Assembly (NCBI RefSeq): GCF_000829235.1
Contig: NZ_AP012549.1
Coordinates: 1,680,001 to 1,712,000 of the forward strand
Length of the DNA: 32,000 bases
Direction: 5' to 3'
From: a cyanobacterium endosymbiont of Epithemia turgida isolate EtSB Lake Yunoko
GTDB lineage: Bacteria > Cyanobacteriota > Cyanobacteriia > Cyanobacteriales > Microcystaceae
This document shows positions 1 to 8,485 of the stretch, one piece after another. The notes under the pieces were generated by a model, which saw only the letters and a list, made by a program, of their open reading frames with translations, searched no databases and was not told the DNA's origin. The position numbers were made by a program, and so were the translations under genes. Every line of letters begins with the position of its first letter. Within the stretch, counting starts at the first letter, position 1.

Positions 1-801
1 TTCTAAGATAGTGTTGCGATAATCGGAAGCGATGGCGATCGCGCTAATGTCAAAGTTTAAGGCAGTATCGAGGATTTCTACTAAGGGGTTTCCTTGAGTA
101 ACCTTAGTTTTGACGGTTACATTTAGTTCTTCCAATTCTGCTTTAACGCTGTTTAGTTTCTCCTGAGCTTCTCTGTAGTGATATTTTGTAATTTCTTCCG
201 TGCGTTCCCCATCATCAATCACCCATAGTAGTAAGCATTGTTCACAAGAGTTGTCAGGATAGTCTTTCAGGTGATTTTTAATTTTTCCAAGCAAATATTC
301 CCCAGATCGCTTTCCATTGTAAGGAATCAGCAAGTAACGCCACATATGCTGACAACGTAGGGCTAATTCTTCATCAGTGTAAGTGGAGATTAACTGAGGA
401 CGCAAAATCATTAAAGGTGTTGAGGTTGATTTGACTAACTCTAGAGTGTGACTCCCAAAAATTTTTGTTTCTATGGCACTGCGGATGGGCATCCCTGTGA
501 GCACAATATCGATGTTATAGGTGTCAATTAATCGCAAAATTACATCTTTAGTTTGTCCTGAGAGAACTTCAACTTTAACTTCTACACCCTCAGGAATTTC
601 TTCTAAGGAGGGTGAGAGAAGTTCTTTTGCCTTAGCAATTTCGTCTTCGTCAACCCCGACAACTTTTTCAGATTGCCAAACCGAGATACTGTGTAAAAAT
701 ACGATACGTTTGATTCCGTTACTAGCTAGAGGGGAGATGAAGTTAACTAGGCGATGTAAGCCGTCAGTGAAGTCAGTACAAATTAAATAGTTATGGAACA
801 T
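1..801 (-). CDS. Universal stress protein family protein (two Usp-like halves); C-terminus cut off by the left window edge
   Basis: Missing from the ORF track because no stop codon lies inside the window. Reverse-complement translation from ATG (801-799) stays open for 267 codons to position 1: MFHNYLICTDFTDGLHRLVNFISPLASNGIKRIVFLHSISVWQSEKVVGVDEDEIAKAKELL...DIVLTGMPIRSAIETKIFGSHTLELVKSTSTPLMILRPQ...RYLLIPYNGKRSGEYLLGKIKNH...VTVKTKVTQGNPLVEILDTALNFDISAIAIAS. The layout matches tandem UspA domains, including the G-x-x-G...G-S/T loop 'GMPIRSAIETKIFGSHT'. It contains HIP1 at 35-42. Track ORF 521..790(+) is its antisense shadow. Confidence 0.8.
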   Translation of the reverse strand, partial: MFHNYLICTDFTDGLHRLVNFISPLASNGIKRIVFLHSISVWQSEKVVGVDEDEIAKAKELLSPSLEEIPEGVEVKVEVLSGQTKDVILRLIDTYNIDIVLTGMPIRSAIETKIFGSHTLELVKSTSTPLMILRPQLISTYTDEELALRCQHMWRYLLIPYNGKRSGEYLLGKIKNHLKDYPDNSCEQCLLLWVIDDGERTEEITKYHYREAQEKLNSVKAELEELNVTVKTKVTQGNPLVEILDTALNFDISAIAIASDYRNTILE

Positions 802-1370
802 AAGGAAAGGTCTTCATTTTCAAGCAAACCACTCGAAACTACTATAGCAAGAATAAATAGTTATACTGCTGTTATGAACATTAAAGTTCAAGCAAACAAA
901 CACACGAACGGTAATCCAGAATCTAGATACTTTCCTAAAGAGGAAATGTACATAGAAAACTATATACATTTTTTCTAAAATACCTAAAGAGAGCTTTTGA
1001 AAATTTTCCCTATGAAAACTTATCAAAATTATTTTTAGATTATCATCCCTATGATAATTAATTGAATCTTAAAATTAAATTAGTTGTTGACTTGATTATT
1101 TTTTTATGTTCAATAATTCCTTGACAAAATCACAAAGTAAATAAAATATTAGAAATACTCAAAAAAAAATTTACCCTACCATATAATCAACTAATCTTAG
1201 CAGATATCTCCCTATATTTGATTATAGTATAAATTTCAGCCCGAATGGTTACAGCTATAAATATTCAAAGTAGATAAAAGCTAATAAAAGTTAACTTCTG
1301 TGTTTTTTTATAACGAGTAAGAAACCACAAAAACCCTAAATGAAGGAATAACAAAATAACAAATAAGCTA

Positions 1371-1417
1371 TTAATGATCATCAATTAATGATCATCAATT
1401 AATGATCATTAATTAAT
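1371..1417. repeat. 14-bp tandem repeat, about 3.3 copies; the third unit is a perfect 14-bp palindrome
   Basis: Read directly: 1371-1384 ttaatgatcatcaa, 1385-1398 ttaatgatcatcaa, 1399-1412 ttaatgatcattaa (self-complementary), 1413-1417 ttaat. Confidence 0.95.
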
Positions 1418-1582
1418 AACATCTTAACAAGAAGAACACCAAATCCACCAAGCAGCACTAGAGAAAGGACAATTCCCAACAACTGGACTGCTTGTAAAGT
1501 GACTAATAAGCTTGAAAATGGGGGATTTTTAATAAAATTCTAAGTAAATGTGTTCATGAATTTTAGAATCAATGATTGATAA

Positions 1583-2542
1583 TTATTTTTTCTCTAGCCA
1601 ATTAATGACTTTTTTTCCTAAATTAGTTTCATCCAGACGATCAATCTCTCTAATACCAGTGGGACTGGTAACGTTAACTTCTGTTAAATAACCACCAATA
1701 ACATCAATTCCAACAAAATACAAACCGTTTTGTCGTAATTTTGGACCTATAACCTCACAAATTTCTAATTCTTTGGAGGTAACTTGTGTTTTTTCACTTC
1801 TTCCACCAACAGCCATATTTCCCCGAAATTCTTTACCTGTCGGGATTCGATTAACTGCTCCAATAGGTTGGCCATCAAGGAGAATAATTCGTTTATCCCC
1901 ATCCTTTGCTTCGGGAATAAAACGCTGTACCATCACAGCTTCCTGCCCATAAAAAGTACTGACTTCAATTAGAGAATTAAAATTGCGATCACTAGAATCT
2001 AACAGTAAAATTCCTTCTCCTGCTTTTCCTCCCAAAGGTTTTAAAATTGCTAATTTTTTCTCTTCTACGAACTTACGAATAATTGTCTTATCCAAACTGA
2101 CAATTGTTTCTGGCATTTTTGAATAAAATTGCAGAGTGTACATTTTTTCATTAGCTTCGCGTAATCCTTGAGGAGAATTAATCACTAAAGTTTTTTCAGG
2201 ATTAATTAACTCTAAAATGTAGGTAGCATAGAGATAGCGAACGGTAACCGGGGGGTCTTTTCTCATGAAAACTACATCCATGTCTTCTAGACACTTCAAC
2301 ACTGTCTCCAAGATTTCATACCAATTGGGAGCCGCTACCCATTTTTGACCTTGTAATTCAACGGGAATTAACTGAACCTGAGATAAGATTGCCCAGGACT
2401 TGCCTTCAATAACACTAAGTTGATGCAATTGTGTTACCCAGACTTCATGACAGGCTATTTGGGCTGCTTCCATGATAGCTACTGTGCTATCGTGACCGGG
2501 ATCTAACTGAGGTAGGGAATCAATAATAAAAGCAAATTTCAT
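1583..2542 (-). CDS. gshB: Glutathione synthetase (prokaryotic ATP-grasp type)
   Basis: Track ORF 1583..2554. I trimmed the start to ATG at 2542 (MKFAFIIDSLPQLDPGHDSTVAIMEAAQ...), because the TTG extension only adds MFVA. It has a GshB N-domain plus ATP-grasp signatures: ILKPLGGKAGEGILLL, DKRIILLDGQPIGAVNRIP, FRGNMAVGG, GLYFVGIDVIGGYLTEVNVTSPTG. Confidence 0.9.
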   Translation of the reverse strand: MKFAFIIDSLPQLDPGHDSTVAIMEAAQIACHEVWVTQLHQLSVIEGKSWAILSQVQLIPVELQGQKWVAAPNWYEILETVLKCLEDMDVVFMRKDPPVTVRYLYATYILELINPEKTLVINSPQGLREANEKMYTLQFYSKMPETIVSLDKTIIRKFVEEKKLAILKPLGGKAGEGILLLDSSDRNFNSLIEVSTFYGQEAVMVQRFIPEAKDGDKRIILLDGQPIGAVNRIPTGKEFRGNMAVGGRSEKTQVTSKELEICEVIGPKLRQNGLYFVGIDVIGGYLTEVNVTSPTGIREIDRLDETNLGKKVINWLEKK

Positions 2543-2705
2543 TGCTACAAACAATAGGGAATAGGGAGTACTAAAGATCTCGCAATTTATTAGGGTAGTG
2601 CTTTCAACAATTTATAATAAACAACAAAACAATTACCTTTTTTTAGAAGACAGAGGATTAGAAAACAGTCAGCTTTTTCCTTTTTAAAAAAGTTTTAGAC
2701 CTAAA

Positions 2706-3590
2706 TTAATCGTCTATTGGTAAATATTTTTGGATTAATATCGCTAACTTTTCTTGAGTTTTCGGTGGAATCTTATCCCAAGGAGTCAACCTCGCATGTT
2801 TCAGAGCATTATGGGCTTTGGATACTGGCAGATTTTTACTCAACCTTCTTACTGTCTCTACAATAACCTTTTGGGCATTAACAGTATTGTGGTTTAAATT
2901 GTCCATAATCATCTCAACGGTGACATGATCATGGTCCGGGTGCCAGCAATCATAATCCGTAACTAATGCTAGAGTAGCATAGGCAATTTCTGCTTCCCTA
3001 GTGAGTTTCGCTTCAGTTAAATTAGTCATTCCAATGATAGACGCGCCCCAACTGCGATAGAGGTTGGACTCAGCAATAGTAGAAAAAGCTGGACCTTCTA
3101 TGCAAACATAGGTTCCACTTCTGTGTAAGGTAATTTCAGGTAAGTTAAGACTCTCCACCGCATCCCCTAACATAGCGGCTAATCGATTACAAACGGGATG
3201 TCCAAAACCAATATGAGCAACCATTCCTTCCCCGAAAAAAGTAGAAATTCGGTTACTGGTGCGATCAATGAATTGATCAGGAATCATCAAATCACAGGGT
3301 TTAATTTCAGCTTTGAGTGATCCTACAGCAGAAGCCGAGATAAGATATTCTACCCCTAATTGCTTCATGCCGTGGATATTTGCGCGAAAAGGCAATTCTG
3401 AGGGAATTAAATGATGATTTCGTCCGTGACGAGCGAGAAAGACTACAGGAGTTCCTTCAATAGTTCCTAAAATATAAGCGTCGGAAGGGGAACCAAAGGG
3501 GGTATCAAGGTGGACTTCTTGGATATCTCGGAGAGCATCTATTTTGTATAAACCACTACCACCTATTACACCTATTTTTGCTTTAATCAT
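2706..3590 (-). CDS. mtnP: S-methyl-5'-thioadenosine phosphorylase
   Basis: 294 aa. Sequence GVIGGSGLY...TPFGSPSD...[42 protein letters not shown]...[37 protein letters not shown] is the MTAP/MtnP branch of the PNP/UDP phosphorylase family. Confidence 0.9.
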   Translation of the reverse strand: MIKAKIGVIGGSGLYKIDALRDIQEVHLDTPFGSPSDAYILGTIEGTPVVFLARHGRNHHLIPSELPFRANIHGMKQLGVEYLISASAVGSLKAEIKPCDLMIPDQFIDRTSNRISTFFGEGMVAHIGFGHPVCNRLAAMLGDAVESLNLPEITLHRSGTYVCIEGPAFSTIAESNLYRSWGASIIGMTNLTEAKLTREAEIAYATLALVTDYDCWHPDHDHVTVEMIMDNLNHNTVNAQKVIVETVRRLSKNLPVSKAHNALKHARLTPWDKIPPKTQEKLAILIQKYLPIDD

Positions 3591-3706
3591 GATTTGCTTA
3601 AGAATTGAGCTGAGGACATTATAAGAAAAGTATAGGGGTAAAGGAACTCCAAATTTTTAAAAGTCGGGGTAGTTCTTCCTATTAAACAGCACCTATCAAA
3701 CAATAG

Positions 3707-5305
3707 CTAATTTCGATTTGTTAGTGTCACTTGTGATTTCTGCCGAATTGCACCATAAAGATGATTCAAGGCACTAATATAAGCTCGTGCCGAAGCAGTG
3801 ATAATATCAGTATTTGCTGCATATCCTAAATAGATGCGATCTTCATGGCTTAGGCGAATCGTAACCTCTCCTATGGCATCAATTCCGGCAGTAACGGATT
3901 TCACAGAAAACTCTATTAACTCATTGGGAACATTAACCACACGGTTAATAGCTTTGTAAATCGCATCTATGGGACCGGTCCCGATGGCTGCATCCGTTAA
4001 TTTCTGACCATTAGGAGTCTTTAGGGTGACAGTAGCTGTGGGGACAGCATGATCCCCACAGGATACTTGTACCAATTCTAAACGGAACAATTCGGGGGCT
4101 TGTTGAATTTCGTCGTTAATGATCGCTGCTAAGTCCCAGTCAGTAATTCTCTTTTTTTTGTCGGCCACCTCTTTAAAACGTAAGAAAGCGTTATTAATCT
4201 CCGTATCCGATAATTCAAATCCTAATTCCTTCAAACAACTACGGAAAGCATTACGTCCTGATAGCTTACCCAAGATAATTTTATTTTTGGTTAGCCCAAT
4301 TGATTCTGCATCCATAATCTCATAGGTTAACTTGTGTTTTAGTACCCCATCTTGATGGATTCCCGACTCATGAGCAAAAGCATTAGTTCCCACAATTGCC
4401 TTATTAGGTTGTACCACCATTCCAGTTAGTTGGGAGACGAGACGAGATGTGCGGTAAATTTCTTTCGTATGAATCTGGGTCAAAGGTTCACTAGAGTCAG
4501 GGGAACGACCGAAGAAGGGATTAAAATATTGACGGCGCACGTGCAAAGCCATCACTAATTCTTCTAATGCAGCATTACCAGCCCGTTCTCCGATCCCATT
4601 AATGGTACATTCAAGCTGTCTCGCTCCATTCTTAACTGCTTCGAGAAAATTAGCTACGGCTAACCCTAGATCATTGTGTCCGTGAACAGAGATAATGGCC
4701 TGCTCAATATTTGGAACGTTTTCTCTAATACTGCCAATTAATGCACCAAATTCACTGGGAGTTGTATAACCGACTGTATCAGGTATATTAAGAGTAGTTG
4801 CACCGGCTAAGATCGCTTTTTCGAGGACTTCATACAAAAATTTAGGGTCACTTCGTACTGCATCTTCAGGAGAAAATTCTACATCATCCACAAAGGTTTT
4901 AGCGTAAGCTACCATTTCAGGAACAATAGCTAAAACTTCCTGGCGGGTTTTTTTAAGTTTGTATTCTAGGTGAATATCTGAGGTAGCTAGAAAAGTATGT
5001 ATACGAGCTTTTGCCGCCGGTTTAAGAGCTTCTCCAGCTGATTGAATATCCTTCTTGGTAGCTCTGGCTAACCCACAGATTGTAGGTCCAGTTTTGGTTC
5101 CCACAGTTTGGGCGATTTTTTGAACTGCTTCAAAGTCTCCAGGACTAGCATAGGGGAATCCTGCTTCAATGATGTCAACTCCAAGTCGTGCAAGTGATCG
5201 AGCAATAATTAGTTTTTCTTCAACCGTTAAACTGGCGCCGGGGGACTGTTCTCCATCTCGTAGAGTTGTATCAAAAATAATAATCCGGTCAGAGTGATTA
5301 CTCAT
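3707..5305 (-). CDS. leuA: 2-isopropylmalate synthase
   Basis: 532 aa. The N-terminal HMGL-like barrel shows [19 protein letters not shown] and [44 protein letters not shown]-terminal LeuA regulatory/dimerisation domain is present ([18 protein letters not shown]...). Confidence 0.95.
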   Translation of the reverse strand: MSNHSDRIIIFDTTLRDGEQSPGASLTVEEKLIIARSLARLGVDIIEAGFPYASPGDFEAVQKIAQTVGTKTGPTICGLARATKKDIQSAGEALKPAAKARIHTFLATSDIHLEYKLKKTRQEVLAIVPEMVAYAKTFVDDVEFSPEDAVRSDPKFLYEVLEKAILAGATTLNIPDTVGYTTPSEFGALIGSIRENVPNIEQAIISVHGHNDLGLAVANFLEAVKNGARQLECTINGIGERAGNAALEELVMALHVRRQYFNPFFGRSPDSSEPLTQIHTKEIYRTSRLVSQLTGMVVQPNKAIVGTNAFAHESGIHQDGVLKHKLTYEIMDAESIGLTKNKIILGKLSGRNAFRSCLKELGFELSDTEINNAFLRFKEVADKKKRITDWDLAAIINDEIQQAPELFRLELVQVSCGDHAVPTATVTLKTPNGQKLTDAAIGTGPIDAIYKAINRVVNVPNELIEFSVKSVTAGIDAIGEVTIRLSHEDRIYLGYAANTDIITASARAYISALNHLYGAIRQKSQVTLTNRN

Positions 5306-6048
5306 AGCCCAACTCGTACTAATTTATCAAGGACATTGTCTATCTTCAGTGTCTTCTGGAATTATAGCAATTTCATCTTACATTTTAAGCCATAGATTTT
5401 CTTAGCTTGAATACTCCCAATATTTCAGTTATTTTTTTAATCCTTAATCGATTAAAAATAATTCTATGCAATTTCTATATTATTTCTATCTGCTCCTGTG
5501 GAAATGATGTCAATATCAAAACGGTTTCAACAAATATCAAGTGTGAGCTTGATGGTAACTACTGATGTCAGCTTACCCTATCCCTCCACAATCCTAACTC
5601 AAGGTTTCTATCGTCCCTAATACTATTGTTAAGGTTATGCTAGAGACTATGCTAATTAATCGCTTTCTGGCTTTTTTGCGGAGGTGCTAGAGAGGCAATC
5701 AGTGTAGCTACTGTTGAGATTATTACAGCTATTATAAACAAGCTTTATTCTACTTGATAGACAAGGAAAATCTCTCTTGATAAGGATTAAGATAAACTTC
5801 AAAATAAATTAAGTTTTAAATAAAAACTTTGTTGTTAATTATAGCAAGGATTAAGGACTTTTATAAGAAGACAGCAACTAATTTTATTTTAATTTTTTTA
5901 TAGCTTAATAAAATCTAAAAAAATCAACTGATTACAGACAATATTTAGTTTAAAAACCCGACTAAATAATAATTGTTTACTAGATTAGTAATAATTACTT
6001 AAATAAATTTAAATTAACACTCTTGATAAGTATCATTAAGACAAATAT

Positions 6049-6116
6049 ATAAATCTATCTTAGAACTAAAAAGAGATAGTGTATTTTATCTCTTTTTAGT
6101 TCTAAGATAGATTTAT
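6049..6116. repeat. Perfect 30-bp inverted repeat with 8-nt spacer (68-nt hairpin-forming element) in an A+T-rich desert
   Basis: I paired it base by base. 6049-6078 (ataaatctatcttagaactaaaaagagata) is the exact reverse complement of 6087-6116. The loop is 6079-6086, gtgtattt. Confidence 0.95.
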
Positions 6117-6491
6117 TTACATAAGATTTATTATCATTTCCTGAGTTGCCTTGACTTAGTATCTTTGATTGTTTATTCCATTAAATATAGGTTAAAATTG
6201 AGCTATTGATTGTGAGCAATATAAGTATTTATTTTTAGTTTTTATTTATGTAAAAACAATATTTTCTGAATCCTGTTTTTATTATCGCAAAGTTGTTATG
6301 ACTATAAAAATAATTGAGATAATCATACATATTTTATTTTTTTTAAAACCTATACAAAAATATTCTGAACAAAATAACGTCACCAACTTAAGTGGTTGTA
6401 TATGGATTTCATGCGACTAAACAAGTAACCTATTAATTAAATAATCAAAAATAATTTTCAGTAAAAAATTAAAGATATTAAAAATACTAGT

Positions 6492-6535
6492 TAAAATATA
6501 TTTATTTATACTTAAGTACAAATAAATATATTTTA
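6492..6535. repeat. 44-bp near-perfect palindrome centred on CTTAAG
   Basis: The centre lies between 6513 and 6514. All symmetric positions pair except 6508/6519 (a/c). Confidence 0.9.
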
Positions 6536-6872
6536 TATAAAAATAAAAGAGATTTAATCAAAAAATAAAAAATTAAATAAACCTGAGTATATAAAACGTT
6601 GACAGTTCTCTTGAAAATACACTAATTCAAAGAGAGATATAGAGGAATTTTGAGAACAACTCCAGACTAGATATAAATGTTTTTAGAACTAAAAACTAAT
6701 TTGCTAAAGCTGTATAACAACTGGGTAGCGTGCAATAATAGAAATCCTCACCTAATCCAGCCAAGGAATAGTAGAAGATATTAATAACAAATTGAAGTTA
6801 ATTAGAAAAAGATATTATAGATTCATAAATTTAGGCTCCAATTTTTAAAATTTAGCATTTTAATAGTCAGTT

Positions 6873-7274
6873 TTACATCATTAGTTTAATTTTTTCTTGA
6901 CTTAGGACAAAATGACGTAATTTAAGCAAATCAAAAGTATGTCCTAATTTAAGAGGTAAAAGAGAAATTCCTTCTAATCTAGATTGCACCCAGCCATCGC
7001 CCCAAACCCATTCATGATAACCATCAATTCCTTGACTTAGTAGTAATCGTAAGCTGTTTTTATTAGCAATTTCTACTTGATGATGGATAGAAACAAATCC
7101 TAGCCAACTAGTAAAGACTACCCCTGCTTCTAAAGTATCAGGAAGTTCAGAGGATAGGGTTTGAGGAATGAGCCATTGACGGAGATTTTTTGTTTTTAGT
7201 AAACTATGACTAATAGTACTTTCATTAACATCAACAGCGATGCGTAGATGACTTTCTTGTAAATTTCCCAGCAT
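6873..7274 (-). CDS. Hypothetical 133-aa ORF; possibly a C-terminal fragment of a GlcE-like glycolate oxidase FAD-binding subunit (gene fragment?)
   Basis: This is the only long ORF in a stop-dense region. Its composition is balanced and W/H/G-containing, unlike the flanking A+T-rich sequence. From memory of E. coli GlcE there is a weak, colinear resemblance: LRIAVDVNESTISHSLL vs LWIRLEGGEGSVKAARELL, SLRLLLSQ vs TLWRISLPS, IDGYHEWVWGDGWVQS vs LIDWGGALRWLKS, LGHTFDLL vs GGHATRF. There is no N-terminal FAD-binding domain, so if the homology is real the gene is truncated. Confidence 0.45.
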   Translation of the reverse strand: MLGNLQESHLRIAVDVNESTISHSLLKTKNLRQWLIPQTLSSELPDTLEAGVVFTSWLGFVSIHHQVEIANKNSLRLLLSQGIDGYHEWVWGDGWVQSRLEGISLLPLKLGHTFDLLKLRHFVLSQEKIKLMM

Positions 7275-7804
7275 ATGAATTAAGTCAATAGTTGAACAAA
7301 GATGAAGCTACCCACTAGTTAAGAGAATAATTAACCAATATTTTTTTAATAGAATTTGATTTGCTTAAACACTTCTAGTTTATCATTAGCTGTTTCTTGA
7401 TAATTTTTGGGGATAGTAAAAACTTGACCAAGGTTAGCTAAATGATTGGGATTAGATGTTTAGCACATCTATCGTTTAATTTCTAAAAAAGTTTGCTTAA
7501 ACATGTAAAAAATATAACAGTTTTTATAGGTTTCAATACCGTGTTTTCCTGATGAACTTCCTTGAAACTCCATACATAATTTAAGGATTTATTCCTCTAA
7601 TTCTTATATCTTTTCTCATATCCCTGCTACAGCATTATAATCAGGAATTAATAGATGTAATTTGCTATCTCTGGTATAAAAACATTAGTGATTTAATAAC
7701 CCTTATTTTCTCTTAGTTAACCAATTTATCGTTAAATTGTCGCTAATTTAGTCTAAAAAATTTCCTATATTGAACAATATAACTAGGACTAAGCCTATCC
7801 ATTA

Positions 7805-8262
7805 TAGCAAAGACTACCTTTTGTCCTCTCCAAAATCTTGGACCGCTTTCTACATTATTTAGCTAGCGAAGGTTATTTTTCTAGCTTCATCTTGCTGAAA
7901 AATTTGGACGCTCCGCTCTTTATTCACAGGCGATTCTACACGTAGTTTATCTAGTTTTACTAACAAAATTATTTCAACATCTCTGGGACAATTGTTAGTG
8001 GCTACTACATCGTTCTACCGCATTAATACAAAGGTTATTCATGATTTCCATGCCTGCTAAAATAATAACTGCACTAACAATATCAGCTACTGCTTGTCTA
8101 GTAGCTTCAATATCAGTAAAGTAGGCTAATAAAATACATATTGCTTCTAAGGTCTTCAAAATGTGTAAAGTGATTTCAGTAGCAATTCCTAATATCCCTT
8201 CAGACCCAACAAATGGTTCCGTCAATTTATCCCCAGACATTTCGGGAACAGTATTCTCAACT
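7805..8262 (-). pseudogene. glcD: Glycolate oxidase/dehydrogenase subunit GlcD (FAD-linked oxidase) pseudogene, truncated at both ends
   Basis: Track ORF 7995..8240(-) reads MSGDKLTEPFVGSEGILGIATEITLHILKTLEAICILLAYFTDIEATRQAVADIVSAVIILAGMEIMNNLCINAVE. That matches the GSEGTLGI..E.TLKL.P ... MDN..INAVE core of GlcD-type FAD-linked oxidases. After its stop, homology continues in a shifted frame: CPRDVEIILLVKLDKLRVESPVNKERSVQIFQQDEARKITFAS*, compared with GYP.DA.A.LLVE.DG ... A.DE.ER. The first ~180 aa and last ~200 aa expected for GlcD are absent. Confidence 0.8.
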
Positions 8263-8428
8263 TTTTTCTAAATTTAAGAACGTGAGGATAAACACAATAG
8301 ATACTGAAATAAAAGATAACAACTTTTGAGCATTTAATTCATTTTGGGAACATTAAACCAGCCATCAACGTTCAGTTATAGAGAGTAATGATTAAATTTA
8401 CTTATCAAAAAAAGTGGATTCTTCCTTA

Positions 8429-8456
8429 TTGACAAATAGAGTGTATTCTTTAAATG
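8429..8456 (+). promoter_or_regulatory. Candidate sigma70-type promoter for glmM (TTGACA-16 nt-TAAATG)
   Basis: TTGACA lies at 8429-8434 and TAAATG at 8451-8456, about 30 nt upstream of the ATG at 8486. If real, it argues against the longer 8414 start. Such matches arise easily by chance in A+T-rich DNA. Confidence 0.25.
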
Positions 8457-8485
8457 TGAGTGTGTTGTGTGAGGAAATAGATAAA

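Noticed and set aside
521-1026. Track ORFs 521..790(+), 793..978(+), 820..1026(-)
   Set aside because: 521..790 is the antisense shadow of the Usp CDS and is low-complexity and S/T-rich. The other two lie in A+T-rich spacer, lack an SD, have F/I/K/N/Y-biased composition and overlap each other on opposite strands.
1371-1417. Possibility that the short tandem repeats (also 16981-17006) are CRISPR arrays
   Set aside because: The units are contiguous with no spacers, are only 13-14 bp long with 2-3 copies, and no cas genes are present.
5652-5741. Minus-strand 29-codon hydrophobic frame (L)FIIAVIISTVATLIASLAPPQKSQKAIN* in a relatively G+C-richer patch upstream of leuA
   Set aside because: It is reminiscent of single-helix photosystem or cytochrome subunits. 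However, it has only a TTG start and no SD, and I could not match it to any small subunit sequence I know (PsbX, PsbY, PetL/M/N, PsaM and others). That is too speculative to call.
6700-6790. tRNA-like fragments (aactgggtagcgt resembling a D-loop; gaaatcctcacctaatcca resembling a T-arm, acceptor and CCA)
   Set aside because: No complementary 5' acceptor strand, no anticodon arm and no T-stem 5' strand can be drawn. It is a chance resemblance or is beyond recognition.
7346-7456. AbrB/SpoVT-type antitoxin reading of ...LGQVFTIPKNYQE..., which would make the 133-aa ORF a toxin
   Set aside because: The downstream ORF has none of the PIN or MazF-type features. The frame has no start codon. The position right after the glcD wreck makes a GlcE-remnant explanation more parsimonious.
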